Positions 42,132-54,112 of a DNA stretch of 64,000 nt are shown here, one piece after another (position 1 is the stretch's first letter; every line of letters starts with the position of its first letter). The notes below the pieces were generated by a model. The model worked only from the letters and a program-made list of their open reading frames with translations, was not told where the DNA came from and ran no database searches. The stretch comes from Geosiphon pyriformis uo1 (taxonomy: Eukaryota > Fungi > Glomeromycota), in the NCBI GenBank assembly GCA_016748015.1, contig JAAOMT010000590.1:1-64000 (forward strand). Reading direction: 5' to 3'. Made by a program: the position numbers and the translations under genes.

Positions 42132-42774
42132 TGTTATGGTTGAAACTCATAGTTTTTATTAGTTATCATATGTATTAGCCACTGATGTTATATGATTAGC
42201 CACACTATTTTTAGAAAAGTGATCATTGACCTAATCATTAACCACTTTTAATAGCTATATAAGTAATGAATCTTTTAGCTATAGAAAAGCATGTAATAAC
42301 AAGCATCTGAATAATTAAGAATAAATAAAATAACAACTTTCATCTCAATCCTTCTCTTATCGCTAATTTCTCTTTTTCTATCTTTAAGTATCTGAACATC
42401 TTAAAGATAAAAAATTACTTGTTGGTCTTTTCCTGACATATATAATTGTAGCATTTGAAGATTATTTGAATAAACATGACTGAAAAGCACAAGTTGATAC
42501 CTGATATTGAATTTTAAGAGCACTGATGTGAGGCATAAAATTATATCAGTGGTGATCAATTGTTGATAATACGAACTATTCCTTTTACCTTCAGATTCCC
42601 TAATTACCTTTGAAAAAAATAGCAACTGAAATATTTTATGAGACTGATCTTGTACATTGAATTCATACTCATTCAATTTGCTTTTTAAAGTTGAATTCGT
42701 CTTTGATTATTTCTATTACTCTATAATCCTGTTCTCCCTTGCTATCTATTAGCTTGTTTCTCTAACCTGTAACA
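42132..42774 (+). repeat. C 5' LTR (643 bp)
   Basis: TGTTATGG...CTGTAACA; TATA-like TATATAA near 42256; AATAAA near 42320. Confidence 0.95.
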
Positions 42775-42780
42775 TAAAAG

Positions 42781-42797
42781 TGGTGCTTTCTGTGAAG
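42781..42797 (+). promoter_or_regulatory. Primer-binding site TGGTGCTTTCTGTGAAG
   Basis: TGG-initiated, 6 nt after the LTR end; the same motif follows the family A and B 5' LTRs. Confidence 0.85.
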
Positions 42798-42826
42798 TTG
42801 TTAAAATCCACTTTGTTTTCTATTGT

Positions 42827-44380
42827 ATGGGTGATTATTCATACCTGTTACAACAATTAGAAGAACACTTTATAGCACACAACAAAAATGATTTAGACTT
42901 TATTGAATTCAACCCTTTGCCCTTCTGCTTGATTTGCTTTCCCATTGAAAAACAATCCAGCAGACAATTCTAAGACTTTTGGAACTGGTTCTTGAATGAG
43001 CATTCAGCTAAAACTTATACAGCTTATACAATCTATTACTTTGACCAAGCTTATTTTAAAGACAACTTTGAAGGAAGAAACAACAATATTAATTAGCTTT
43101 TATATTCTGCAACCTTTGAACAACAGCCCCCTAATTTTGAATATCTGAATCATCAAATCCACATTTGGATTGCTGCCCATCAATCAACAGAAACTCCTCT
43201 TAAAACAGAAGAAGAAAGCTATCAAACCACTCCTGTTTTTGATCTCTTTTCAAGTGAATTAGAACACTCCACACAAACAGTTATACCTGAACCAATGGCT
43301 TAAAACCATCTACAACAAAACATTCTGATTGCCCTCCAAGATATACAGACTGTTTTAAAGCAAAAAAATAACACCCCATTATTATTATTCAGAGGTGATG
43401 CCCAAGATCCAATTGAATGGTTGGATGACTTTGAAAGAGCTGTTACAGCTAACCAATATAATGATGAGTACAAGTTTCAAATTGTTGGTGGCTACCTCCA
43501 AGACTCCCTTGCTACATAGTTCTTACAAGAAACTGATGCTAATGCCCATCAAAAAATCATTAGATGGATGCCAGCAAATGCCAGAGAAAACAACACCTCT
43601 TTCACAACCCAGTTTGAAAACAAGTTCAGAATTCCAATCTTGATATCTAAGTGGCACATGGAATTAGAAAGAAGAACCCAAGGCCCAGGAGAAGTAGTAA
43701 CTAAATATGTCAAAGCAATCTGAAAATTAATCAAGCATGTAGACTCTGGAAGGAACTGGACAGAAGAGCAAAAAATTTATTCCTTCACAAAAAGACTGAG
43801 AACTGATTTATCTTATGCTCTTTGGCCTCTCTTGGCTCTGAAGGATAACCCTATAATGAACATGGCTATTGAACTTGCCCAACAAATTGAAGACAACCAA
43901 AGAATACATTTGGGGTCTACACTTCCAGTTTTTGCTCCTGTTTTTGTTATGGCTCCTACTCCTCAAATGACTGCTACTTCTTTTGCTGTCCAAACTCAAA
44001 ACCCAAATGAATAGTTAATAGATAGACTTACAGCAAATCTTGCTTGGCTATTAGAACTATTAGCCCAAGCAGTCTGAGATAACCAGCAACTTTAAAGACC
44101 CAGATTTGAATCACGCTTCAATCAACCTTAGCAACCATCTTATCAAAGACAACAAAATTGTGGCCCACCTGTGTGCTATCACTGTAGATTAACTGGATAT
44201 TTTTCAAGAGATTGCAACAATCTTCTCTTACCCCTTCCAGCTTCCAGAAACAATGATAACCAAAACAACAGAACCATTAACAACAATGCCTCCAATCAAA
44301 GATCTAATTATGCCAATATCAATTTCTTTGGAGAGAATCTCCTAGTTGAAGCCACTGTTTATCAGTCTTTAAACTGGTAG
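42827..44380 (+). pseudogene. gag: C gag (N-terminal H/C motif, capsid-like domain, CCHC knuckle)
   Basis: ATG at 42827 MGDYSYLL..; FRGDAQDPIEWLDDFERA capsid motif; CYHCRLTGYFSRDC (decayed CX2CX4HX4C) at 44174-44215; internal stops. Confidence 0.88.
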
Positions 44381-44462
44381 ATGCATCTCCAAAGAGTAAG
44401 AGTGCAAGCCAATCAGAAGAAAACCTCTTTTACATTTTAATTTAATTAATGATAACTATAAC

Positions 44463-47400
44463 ATGGATGAACTAGCAATTAACACCACAGAATCAACCAG
44501 AAAAAAGAAGAAAGCCAAAGTTGATTTCGTTCTAGATTCCAACACAGCCTCAACTTCCACTGCTAATAACAATAAGCCACCAAAAGCCAAAGTTTTTAAG
44601 AATTTTCCAAAATTGGAACCCCTAGAAATTGTACAAAAATCTGAACCCTATTCTGTTGTCAAAAATCTCATAGAAACCCCAGCACACATTATCTTTGGCC
44701 AGTTAATGATCCATCCACAGTTCAGAAAAGATCTTCACAAATCTCTAATCCCCAAGAAGAAAACACCAAAGACCAATAAACACCCTCGCCAAGCTGGACT
44801 TGTTGACAACAGCAATGTCACTCTTTTAATTTGCAAAGCACAAGTGACTGGTTACTTTATTGACTTGATCCTAGACAGTGGATCATCTGTTAGTGTAATT
44901 GCCAAACACTTCTTTGAAGCAATTGGCAGAAAAATTAATGAGCCTTCCACCCAACCAATGACCAATGTACATGGTGACAAGAAGAAAGGTCTGGGCATTG
45001 CCAAAGCTATTCCTGTCCACATCAATGGCATCAATATTGAAACAGACATGGAAGTTTCTGAAGCTAAAGAATATACTATCATTGTTGGCAATAAGTGGCT
45101 CAAAAAAGCAAAAGCCTTACTCAACTATGAACTTTGTAAGCTAACCATAAGATGTGGTGAAAAACCCATTGTGGTTAAATGTTGTCATTGGACAACTCCT
45201 CCAGCAACCAAACAAAATTAAGAAGATAAGTAATCAGAGAAATCAGATGATGAAGAAAGTAATGAAGAAGATGAAGAACAAGAAGAAACTGCTGAACTTG
45301 TCTATTCCACCTTCACCAGCAATGACAAGCCACTAGACAATGTTAAAGCTGATAGAAAAGAAATCATTGTAAACGGCAAGCTGATCTGCTAGTCCTACTA
45401 TGATATTCTAAGAAGAACCTTTGACCAAAAGCCTGGTAAGAAAGCCAAATACAGTTATTGGTGGCATGGCCCTTGTGCCCAGTGCTAGTGCAATAAACTT
45501 TTGTATTTTCCAAATGATGAATGCAAATCATGCCTGATCTATTACAAAGATTGAAAACCAATTAGCCTAATACCAAGAGATGAATTAAAAAAAGTACAGA
45601 AGTTCTTTGAGAATGAACCACCTGAGATCCAATCATTAGTAGTAAAACAAAGAGAACCCTCCCTAGAAAAAAAAAAGATAGACATTGAAAATTTGTTGGC
45701 AAAAAACAGCCCAGTTATCTCAAAAGAAAGTGATATCCTAAAACAAATCCATGTGATACAACACACCATCACCACCAGAAAAACTCGCCCCATCTATTTG
45801 AAGCCTTACCAATTCAATTGCCGAAATGATGAGTTTATCAAGAAAAAAATAAACTGGATGAAAGAACTTGGATTTATACAAGAAACCAAGAGTGAATAAG
45901 CTTTCCCAGTTGTAATGGTATTCAAAAAAGATGGAATCTTATGCTTCTGTGTTAACTACCACCAATTAAATGCCATCACTGAAAAAAACATGTACCCACT
46001 TCCCAAGATTAATGCAATGCTGGACCAATTCAAAGATGCTGCTTTCTTTTCAACTATTGATCTAACTGCTGGATTCTGGCAAGTAGAGATGGATCCAGAA
46101 AGCCAGAAGAAAACCACCTTTATCACCAAGTATGGCATCTATGAATTTACAGTCATGCCTTTTGGTTTTACTAATGCCCCTCCCACTTTTCAATGCTTAA
46201 TGGATAAAGTATTTAAATTAGTGAAAGAAAACTTTGTTCTGATCTATCTGGACAATATAATAGTGTACTCAAAAACCTGGAATGAACACCTTGAACATTT
46301 GCAAAAAGTTTTTGATCTTCTCAGAAATGCAGGTCTCAAGATTAACCCAATCAAATCTTTCTTTGGAAGACAATCCACCCAATTTCTTGGCCATTTTATT
46401 ACAAAAGATGGAATCTTCCCTGATCCAGCCAAAGTGGAAAAAGTTCAGAACATAAGACAACCAATGAATGTTTATGAGTTATGTTCTTTTCTTGGTTTGG
46501 CCTTCTATTATCACAAATTTGTTAAGAATTTCTCCAAAATTGCCTTTTCACTCAATCAGCTATTCAGGAAAAATGTCAACTACCATTGGAGCACACATTA
46601 GCAGAAAGTATTTGAAACCCTCAAAAAAAAATTGGTTACAGAACCTATTCTCAAGCAACCTAATCTGGATCAATCTTTCATTCTTCACACTGATGCATCT
46701 GGCTATAGACTTGGTGCTGTTCTCTTACAAAAAGATGAAGATGGCAGAGAACATGCAATAGCCTATGCCAGTAAAACTCTTACACCAGCAGAAAAGAACT
46801 ATTCAGTTACTGAGCAGAAATGTTTAGCAATAGTTTGGGCTACCAGTTACTGGGATAAGTATTTCCTTGGTGTGAAGTTTTTGGTGGTAACAGATCACCA
46901 AGCTTTGGTTTGGCTGTACAACAAAAAAAGGCTAGAACATAAATGGATAGTCTGCTAGATACTTCACTTGGATGAATTCAACTATAATATTCAATACCAT
47001 AAAAGAGCTAATCATCAAAATGCCGATGCTCTTTCTAGACTTACCACTAAGTGACAGTACAACCTCCCAAACCAAACCAACCTAATTATTAGTAATTTTC
47101 TTACAATTAAACACAATAATAGACTTGGACAACTACTCTGTCTTAATGGAATTTTTGGGTAAAGAACAATACCCACCAGAATATACTTGACAGCAAAGAG
47201 AACATTTGTGCAAACAATCAAATTTTTATTTGATCTGCCAGAACCAATTATATAAAAGAAATAGAAAAGATCTTGACCGCCTCCAGAGAGTCATAAAATT
47301 TGAAGAAAGAGAAATTGTGATCTACAACATGCACACTAATCCATTAGCTGGACACTTTGGAAAAACAAAAACAATTCAGAAAACTTTAGCTCGCTATTAT

Positions 47401-48372
47401 TGGTCTACCTTGGAAAAAGACATTGCTGAGTACATCAAAACCTGTGATACCTGCCAAAAAAGAGGAAAACCCAATCGCAAAGAAGACATCCATCCAATCT
47501 CTGTTGGCCAACTCTTTGACAAAATTGGTATAAATGTTGTTGGACCATTAACAGTAACTCCTGATGGCAACAGATACATTATTACAGTTACTGATTATCT
47601 TACAAAGTGGGTAGAAACAAGAGCTACCCCAGATTAAACAGCAGTTTCTATTGCTAATTTCATTTATGAAGATATCATTTGTTGCCATGACTGCCCCAAA
47701 AAACTTTTATCTGATAAAAGAAGAGCTTTTCTCAGTACACTAGTTGAAGAACTTTGTAGAAAAATGGGAATATGTCACAAACTTTTCTTCTCTTATCACT
47801 CCCAAACAAATGGCCTAGTAGAACATTTCAATAAAACACTGTGTAAAACCTTAGCCAAAACAAGTGAAAAAACAAACTTATAGGACAAAGTACTGCCTTC
47901 AGCTTTGTTTGCTTATAGAACTGTGAATTATGACATAACAAGTTATGAACATTTTTATTTGCTCTATGGACAAATGACAACACTATCAATAGAAACTGAT
48001 ATTGAGACAATACCCTTTAAAGAAATTACAATAGGGAATTACAAAGACATTTTGCAAAGAAAACTTGGTACCATTCTTGACTCATTGGTAGAGGCAAGGA
48101 TAATTGCCTTTGAAAAGATAAAACAGTTTCAAGAGAAGCTTAAGAAAAAGAAAACCTATAAAACACTTTTTTTAAGCATTGGTGACTTGGTTTTAAAATA
48201 CCATTCAAACAAAGACAATGTTTATGGTGATAAATTCTCTAGCTGATAAAAAGAACCCTTTATAGTCAACAAAGTTCTGAACAATAGTTCTTATATTCTT
48301 CAAGATCAATCTGGAACAATCTTTAATAATCGTTTTGTTTATGGCATGTGACTCAAAAAATATCACAAATGA
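44463..48372 (+). pseudogene. pol: C pol: protease, RT, RNase H, integrase
   Basis: LILDSGSS (44874); YPLPKI, IDLTAGFWQV, VMPFGFTNAP, IYLDNIIVYS (RT); LHTDASG, VVTDHQAL (RNase H); H-X6-H...CDTC and integrase core; scattered stops and frameshifts. Confidence 0.95.
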
Positions 48373-48473
48373 TCTAATTGGTTATCTGTTGTAGTAATAC
48401 TGACCCAAATGATCAGCAAAAATCAGATATAAATAAATGCACCACTTCCAAAATAGAGGTATTTTCAATCGAC

Positions 48474-49128
48474 ATGAATAATTATTTTCTAGATCAAAAC
48501 ATTCAAAATGCTTTCTATACTCTTCATGAGTATTGGATTAAAAACTATCCAAATGCTACTCTGACCATTGAAAAACAAACTACAATAACTGACAACAGTG
48601 GAACACATACTGTTATCAGACCAAAGAAAACAACTACCAGAAGAGAAAAAATTGGTAGCAAAATAGATAAGTATTTGCTAGAAAGTATAACAGCAATACT
48701 TGCATCTTTCATCACAATTGGAAAAACAATTAAAGAAATCTTGCCCATAGACAAAAAACTTGTTATATAGAAGACAATTAGAACTCTATGGTTGTTTTGG
48801 TGAAATCATAGAAAACATGAAGCTCATAAAGAAAACAACTTCTAAGATACAAGTGGAAATTTTAGACATTGTATAATTAGATGTCTCAAGAGTTTTGACC
48901 ATTGCAAAAAGAGCCAAAACTCTTATACAAAGATTTGGTCTCTTGGATATAAAGCTCATTTCGCCTCAAGTTTTATATACCTTATCCACAAAAAACTTTA
49001 ACAAACTAGTTAGTTTTGAGTTAGATAAAACCCTTCAAATAGAGTATCCCCTAAATAGTTTGATTTCGCTGGAGCTCAATCTCTTTGGAGAAAATAATGT
49101 TATGGTTGAAACTCATAGTTTTTATTAG
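48474..49128 (+). pseudogene. C extra ORF3 downstream of integrase, function unknown
   Basis: ORFs 48378-48770 and 48895-49128 are joined by one frameshift and one stop; the frame runs through the PPT into the 3' LTR. Confidence 0.65.
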
Positions 49129-49812
49129 TTATTACATGTATTAGCCACTAATGTCATATAATTAGCTACACTATTTTTAGAAAAGGGATCATTAACCTAA
49201 TCAATGACCTGACTATTGACTTGACCATTGATCTGATCAATGACCTGATCAATGACCTGATTATTGACCTGATTATTGACCTGATCATTGATCACTTTTG
49301 ATAGCTATATAAGCAATGAATCTCTTAGCTGTAGAAAAGTATGTAATAACAAGCATCTAAATAATCAAGAATAAATAAAATAACAACTTTTATCTCAATC
49401 TTTCTCTTATCATTAATTTCTTTTTCCCTACTTTCAAGTATCTGAATATTTTAAAGATAAAAAATTACTTGTTGGCCTTTTCCTGATATATATAATTGTA
49501 GCATTTGAAGATTATTTGAATAAACATGACTGAAAAGCACAAGTTGATACCTGATATTGAATTCTAAGAATGCATAGAATTATACCAGTGGTGATCAATT
49601 GTTGACAGTACAGACTATCCTTTTACCTACAGATTTCCCAGTTACTTTTGAAAAGAATAGTGACTGAGATATTTTATGAGACTGACCTCATATATTGAAT
49701 CTATACTCATTCAATTTGCTTTTTAAAGTTGAATTCCCCTTTGATTATTTCCATTATCCTACAATCCTGTTCTCCCTTGCTATCTGTTAGCTTGTTACTC
49801 CAATCCGTAATA
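49098..49812 (+). repeat. C 3' LTR (715 bp)
   Basis: Direct repeat of 42132-42774, with extra 12-bp units. Confidence 0.95.
49187..49294 (+). repeat. 12-bp tandem repeat (consensus about TGACCTGATCAT) in the U3 of the C 3' LTR
   Basis: About 8-9 units here versus about 2 at 42220-42245. Confidence 0.9.
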
Positions 49813-52800
49813 ATATGAATAGTTGCTATTTATTGTTTTTCTTCCAAAGTACTAAGCATGATATAAGCTCTTTATTAAAGTGTTTTTTAAAAGTTTTCTT
49901 AATTAATTGATTATATTAAATATGTTTTTACTATAAAATTAATTGGTAATATTGCTGTTTTTTTATAGGTTAAATTAAATAGTATGTGTTTTATAGCATC
50001 TAGTTTTAATGTTTTGTATATTAATAATATTAATAGAATAAAGTTATTTTTATCTTGTTTAAAATTATTTAAAACTTTGGCTAATAATTTACACAATATT
50101 TAGTTGAAATGTTTCATTAATTTATTTGTTTAAAAATAATAAAATAATAAAAATAGTCTTTTAACATTGAATTTTTCACAAATTTTTTGTATCAAGTTAT
50201 TTATGAAATATGTTTTTTGATTAGATAAAAGTTTAATTGGACATTTATGTTTACAAATAATGTTTTCTTAGATAAAATTTGCTATTAATTTTGCATTTGC
50301 TTTTTAAATGACTCTGATTTTAAACTATTTGGTAAAAAAATTTATTGTAACTGCAATATAACAATTTTTTTGAGTAGTAATAACTAATAGGTTGATTAAA
50401 TTGATTTTTATTCTGTCAAAAAGTTGTCCAACTTTAATTGGATTTAGAGATTCAATAAAACAAGTTTCTTCTCTTTTTTAATAACTATTCCATAATTCTA
50501 TATATTATCAAATGTTTTTTTACATGTAAAACCAAAAATAATGTTCTAATGTTCTTTAAATTGTACTATTTTTTCCTAAATATGCTAAAGATAAATCTGT
50601 GTACATATTATAAAGAATAATTTCTTTTTTGTTTTTTTGAATAAGTCTAAGTAAATTGATTGAATTTCTATGATTTTGATAATAAATTTTGTTGTGATAA
50701 ATAAAATATTGTTTTGTTTGATATTGTAATTATTGTTTTTTAATTAAAAACCAGTTTTTTGGCATAGTAATAATTTCCAAATAGTTTCTAATGTTGTTGT
50801 TATTTTCTGGTTTTATTATTTATTAATTATTTGTTGTTAAGCTAGTAGATTGTAGTGAAGTTGGTATTGGTGCTAATTTTATCTTATTTTTAAAAGACTA
50901 TTTATGTTTATATATAATTTTTTAGATTTATAATAAACAATATATTTTAATTAACTAAAAAGTCAGTTCATTAAGATTAATTTATACTAAGCTCAAAACT
51001 CTATTTTTTAAGCCATTTAAGACTAATGTTGTTAGTTATAATGTCAAATTCATTTTTATTGTAGAAATATTGCTAAAAGTGTTTAAAAGTCTAGATAATA
51101 ACTGTTGTTTTTAATTTAGTTAAGCTATATTTGAGTTTTGTTGACTTAAGTATTCTACTGGCATATGTAATTATTTGTAATAAGATGACACCAAAAGCTA
51201 TATATAAAGCATTAATGGCTAATTAAAATCTTTTTTTGAAGTCAAAATAGACAAGAATTAAAGCAGTTATAAGTCTTTTTTTGAAAGTATTAAATATTTT
51301 TTGTTAAATTGGGGTCTATTAGTATTTAACATTTTTGTTGATCAGATAATTGAAAAGTTTGGTAATTTTTGAGAATTTTTTAATGAATTTTAATAGTAAG
51401 AAGCTAATTTAATAAATTCTCTTTATTTTATAGTATTTTGAAGAATTTAAAAGTTTTTAACAACATTAATTGTTTTTGAATTAAGTTGAACTCTATCTTT
51501 GCTTACAATATATTCAAAAAAAATTAAACTTATTTTTCTAAAGTAACATTTTTTAATGTTTAACTTTAATCCTACTTTTTATAATTATTAAAAAACTTGT
51601 TGTAAGTAGATTAAATAAGCTTCAAATATTGAGAAATAGATATTAGTATCATCAAAATAAACAACTACTAATTGCCATAAAAGTTTTTTGTAAACAATAT
51701 TTATAAGTTATTGAAATGTTGCTAATATATTGCAAAGTCTAAAAAACATTATATTAAATTCATAATTCTCTTATTGTATAATAAATGCTGTTTTGATTTG
51801 CTAGTATTCACTTTCCAAATCTAAAGTTAAGAAGTACTTGGCTTTTTTTAAAGCATTTAACATGTTATTAATTCTTAATAATAGATAAATATTTTCAATT
51901 ATAATATTATTAAGTTGGTAATAGTCAACACAAAATCAAATTTTCCTATTTTTTTTTGACCAGAACTACTGATAAGACCCAAGAACTTTTTAATAGTTGA
52001 ATAAGACTATAGTTGAGTATTTTTTTCACTTTTTTTTAATAAATTGGTGGCTTGTAAGTAAAACTTGGTAAGCTTATTGGTATTTTAATAGAACATTTCT
52101 TGTGTGGATTTTATGTTATATAATATTGATTTTTTCAAGATTATTGTTATCTTTGGTGAATATATTAGCATATTTAGTATTTAATTGTTTTAATTGTTTT
52201 TGTTTTAGAGTTTTAAGAGACCTATGTTGATAAAAAAAAGCTTTTTTTCAATTAGATAGTAGTTTTTAATATTTGAAATAATGTTGGAGTTTAAGAGTAA
52301 TATATGTTTTACAATTTCAATGAAATTCAAAACAGTTTAAGAAATTTTATTCTAAAAGATATTATTATGTATGATTCTAATTTCTAATCTCTTTAATAAA
52401 ATAATAGAGTTGTTATTGGGATTATAAAATATAATTCAAAATCTTTTTATTTTTTTGAAAATATAAACATTTAAAATTGAGATTTTATTTTTAGACAAAT
52501 TTAATTATTTAATTCAAAGATTTGTTAAGTGATTATTAGTTTTGGGCAAATGTAAATTTTGTAATATTCTTCAAAAAATAAAATAATGATTGGTTGTAAA
52601 AGTCAAAAAATCTGGTAAAATTTATTTTATATATTAAGAGTTATATTTACTAAAACTGTAAATCATTCAGTTGAACCAAAACTTTGGGTTTTTCTATCAT
52701 TTTTGCCTTATTGTTCTCTTTGATTAACTAATTGTAAATTCGAAATGTTAATTAAGAATAGATAAATTGCTTAAGCAATTTTTTTAGCATGTTTTATCTT

Positions 52801-53165
52801 AAATAACTTTTTTGTTTTATTTTGTAGCATAATTGTAATGTCTTTAATATATTTTGTATCTATAATTTTTTTCTAATATTAATTTTTTTTGCTGGCCAGA
52901 AGTGATTAAGAAGCAATTTGAACCATTGTTTCTAATGATATTTTAAAAGCAATTTTGAAATTAATTTTTATTAAGAATTTTGGTTAAAGAACCAAAATAT
53001 CTTTTCTTAAATAATATAAATCATATTCTGCATCAATTTTGTGAGCTTTTTTTGGCTTGATCTCTTGGCTATTATTGTCAAAGTACTTGAGTTGTATGAC
53101 AATCTAATTTTTGATTAAGTAGATTAAAGTAGTTGTAATTTTTTTTTTAGATTTAGATTTTTCAT
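49813..53165 (-). mobile_element. B2 part 2 (IN, RNase H, RT, dUTPase at ~52670-53095), heavily decayed
   Basis: Colinear with B1 20059-23420. Confidence 0.88.
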
Positions 53166-54112
53166 TGTTACCAATAGAATTTTAACTATTAATTAGCATG
53201 AAATTGCTCTTATAATTTCTATTATTAATTAGCATATATTATTATTATTTCAATTATTACTTATTATTTAATCAAATTAACAATTATTATTATTCAATTA
53301 ATAACTTGATTTGTATCATAGAAATTAAGATAATCAAATTACACAATACTCTGAACCATGTAACATAGCCAAAATTTGTCGAAATTAATGAAAATTGGCT
53401 AAAATAAACAATAATTCAGTAAAATAACTTGTAGTTTGCCAAAATGTATCTTTAGTTTACCTAAAATTGTAGCAAAAAAAAAGTGCAAGCTCAAAGACTA
53501 GTACTACAACAAGTTGTATAAAAAAAGAGCTTCTTTCTTTAAGAAAATGTATTTTCTTATATCTTATCATAGTATCTTACTTTAGATATCTTAATTTGAA
53601 CAAATCATTTTTTACAAAACCAAATAAAAATTAAATATTCGAAAACCAAATTCTTAAATTATTATACTTAAAATTCTTTCAATACAACTAACGTTTTAAA
53701 ATTGATTAACTACCAATTTCAATAAACTGTTAGTGACTTCAGACCTAAATAGAAAACGTTTCCCTTAACAGAATTCTATTTTTTTTACATTTTTTTTATT
53801 TTTCTTATCATAATCATTAGGATAGTCTACAGATGAGATTTCTGTAGAAGAATTGACTTTTATAGCAAAGTAACTACATATTTTAATAAGCTTTTAAATG
53901 AATAATTCCTGGGAAAAAGTTGATGTTTACTACAACATAACTACACAAGTAACTGGTACAGAATTGGCTATTTCACTTATAAGCCCAGCAGTTCAAATTA
54001 TAGAAGATAATTTGAAAATAAATTCAGTTATTGGAGGTTCAACTATCTCTAGAAAACGTGAATTCATAACAAACAGACATTAAAAAAAAGAGACCAAAAA
54101 TCTTCAGTAACA
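53166..54112 (+). repeat. B3 5' LTR
   Basis: TGTTACCAATAG...CAGTAACA. Confidence 0.94.

Larger units (their letters stand above)
42132..49812 (+). mobile_element. Full-length Ty3/gypsy family C element (best-preserved copy), inserted in the B2 integrase
   Basis: LTRs 42132-42774 and 49098-49812; perfect TSD ATAT (42128-42131, 49813-49816); PBS 42781-42797; order gag-PR-RT-RH-IN. Confidence 0.96.

Noticed and set aside
42340-42860. Signal-peptide ORF in the C LTR, and the antisense ORF 42401-42676
   Set aside because: Many stops; the pyrimidine tract directly follows AATAAA like a normal 3'-processing element; any stop is trivially revertible by T->C, so that argument is not evidence
44852-48754. 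Several antisense ORFs over C pol and ORF3
   Set aside because: Shadow ORFs of the coding strand with no recognisable motifs
48474-49128. Classical env gene
   Set aside because: Too short, with no evident signal peptide, cleavage site or TM anchor; kept as unknown ORF3
49187-49294. CRISPR-like array
   Set aside because: Head-to-tail 12-mers with no spacers, inside a eukaryotic LTR
42132-49812. Active autonomous element
   Set aside because: Multiple stops and frameshifts, and the RT catalytic motif reads YLDN
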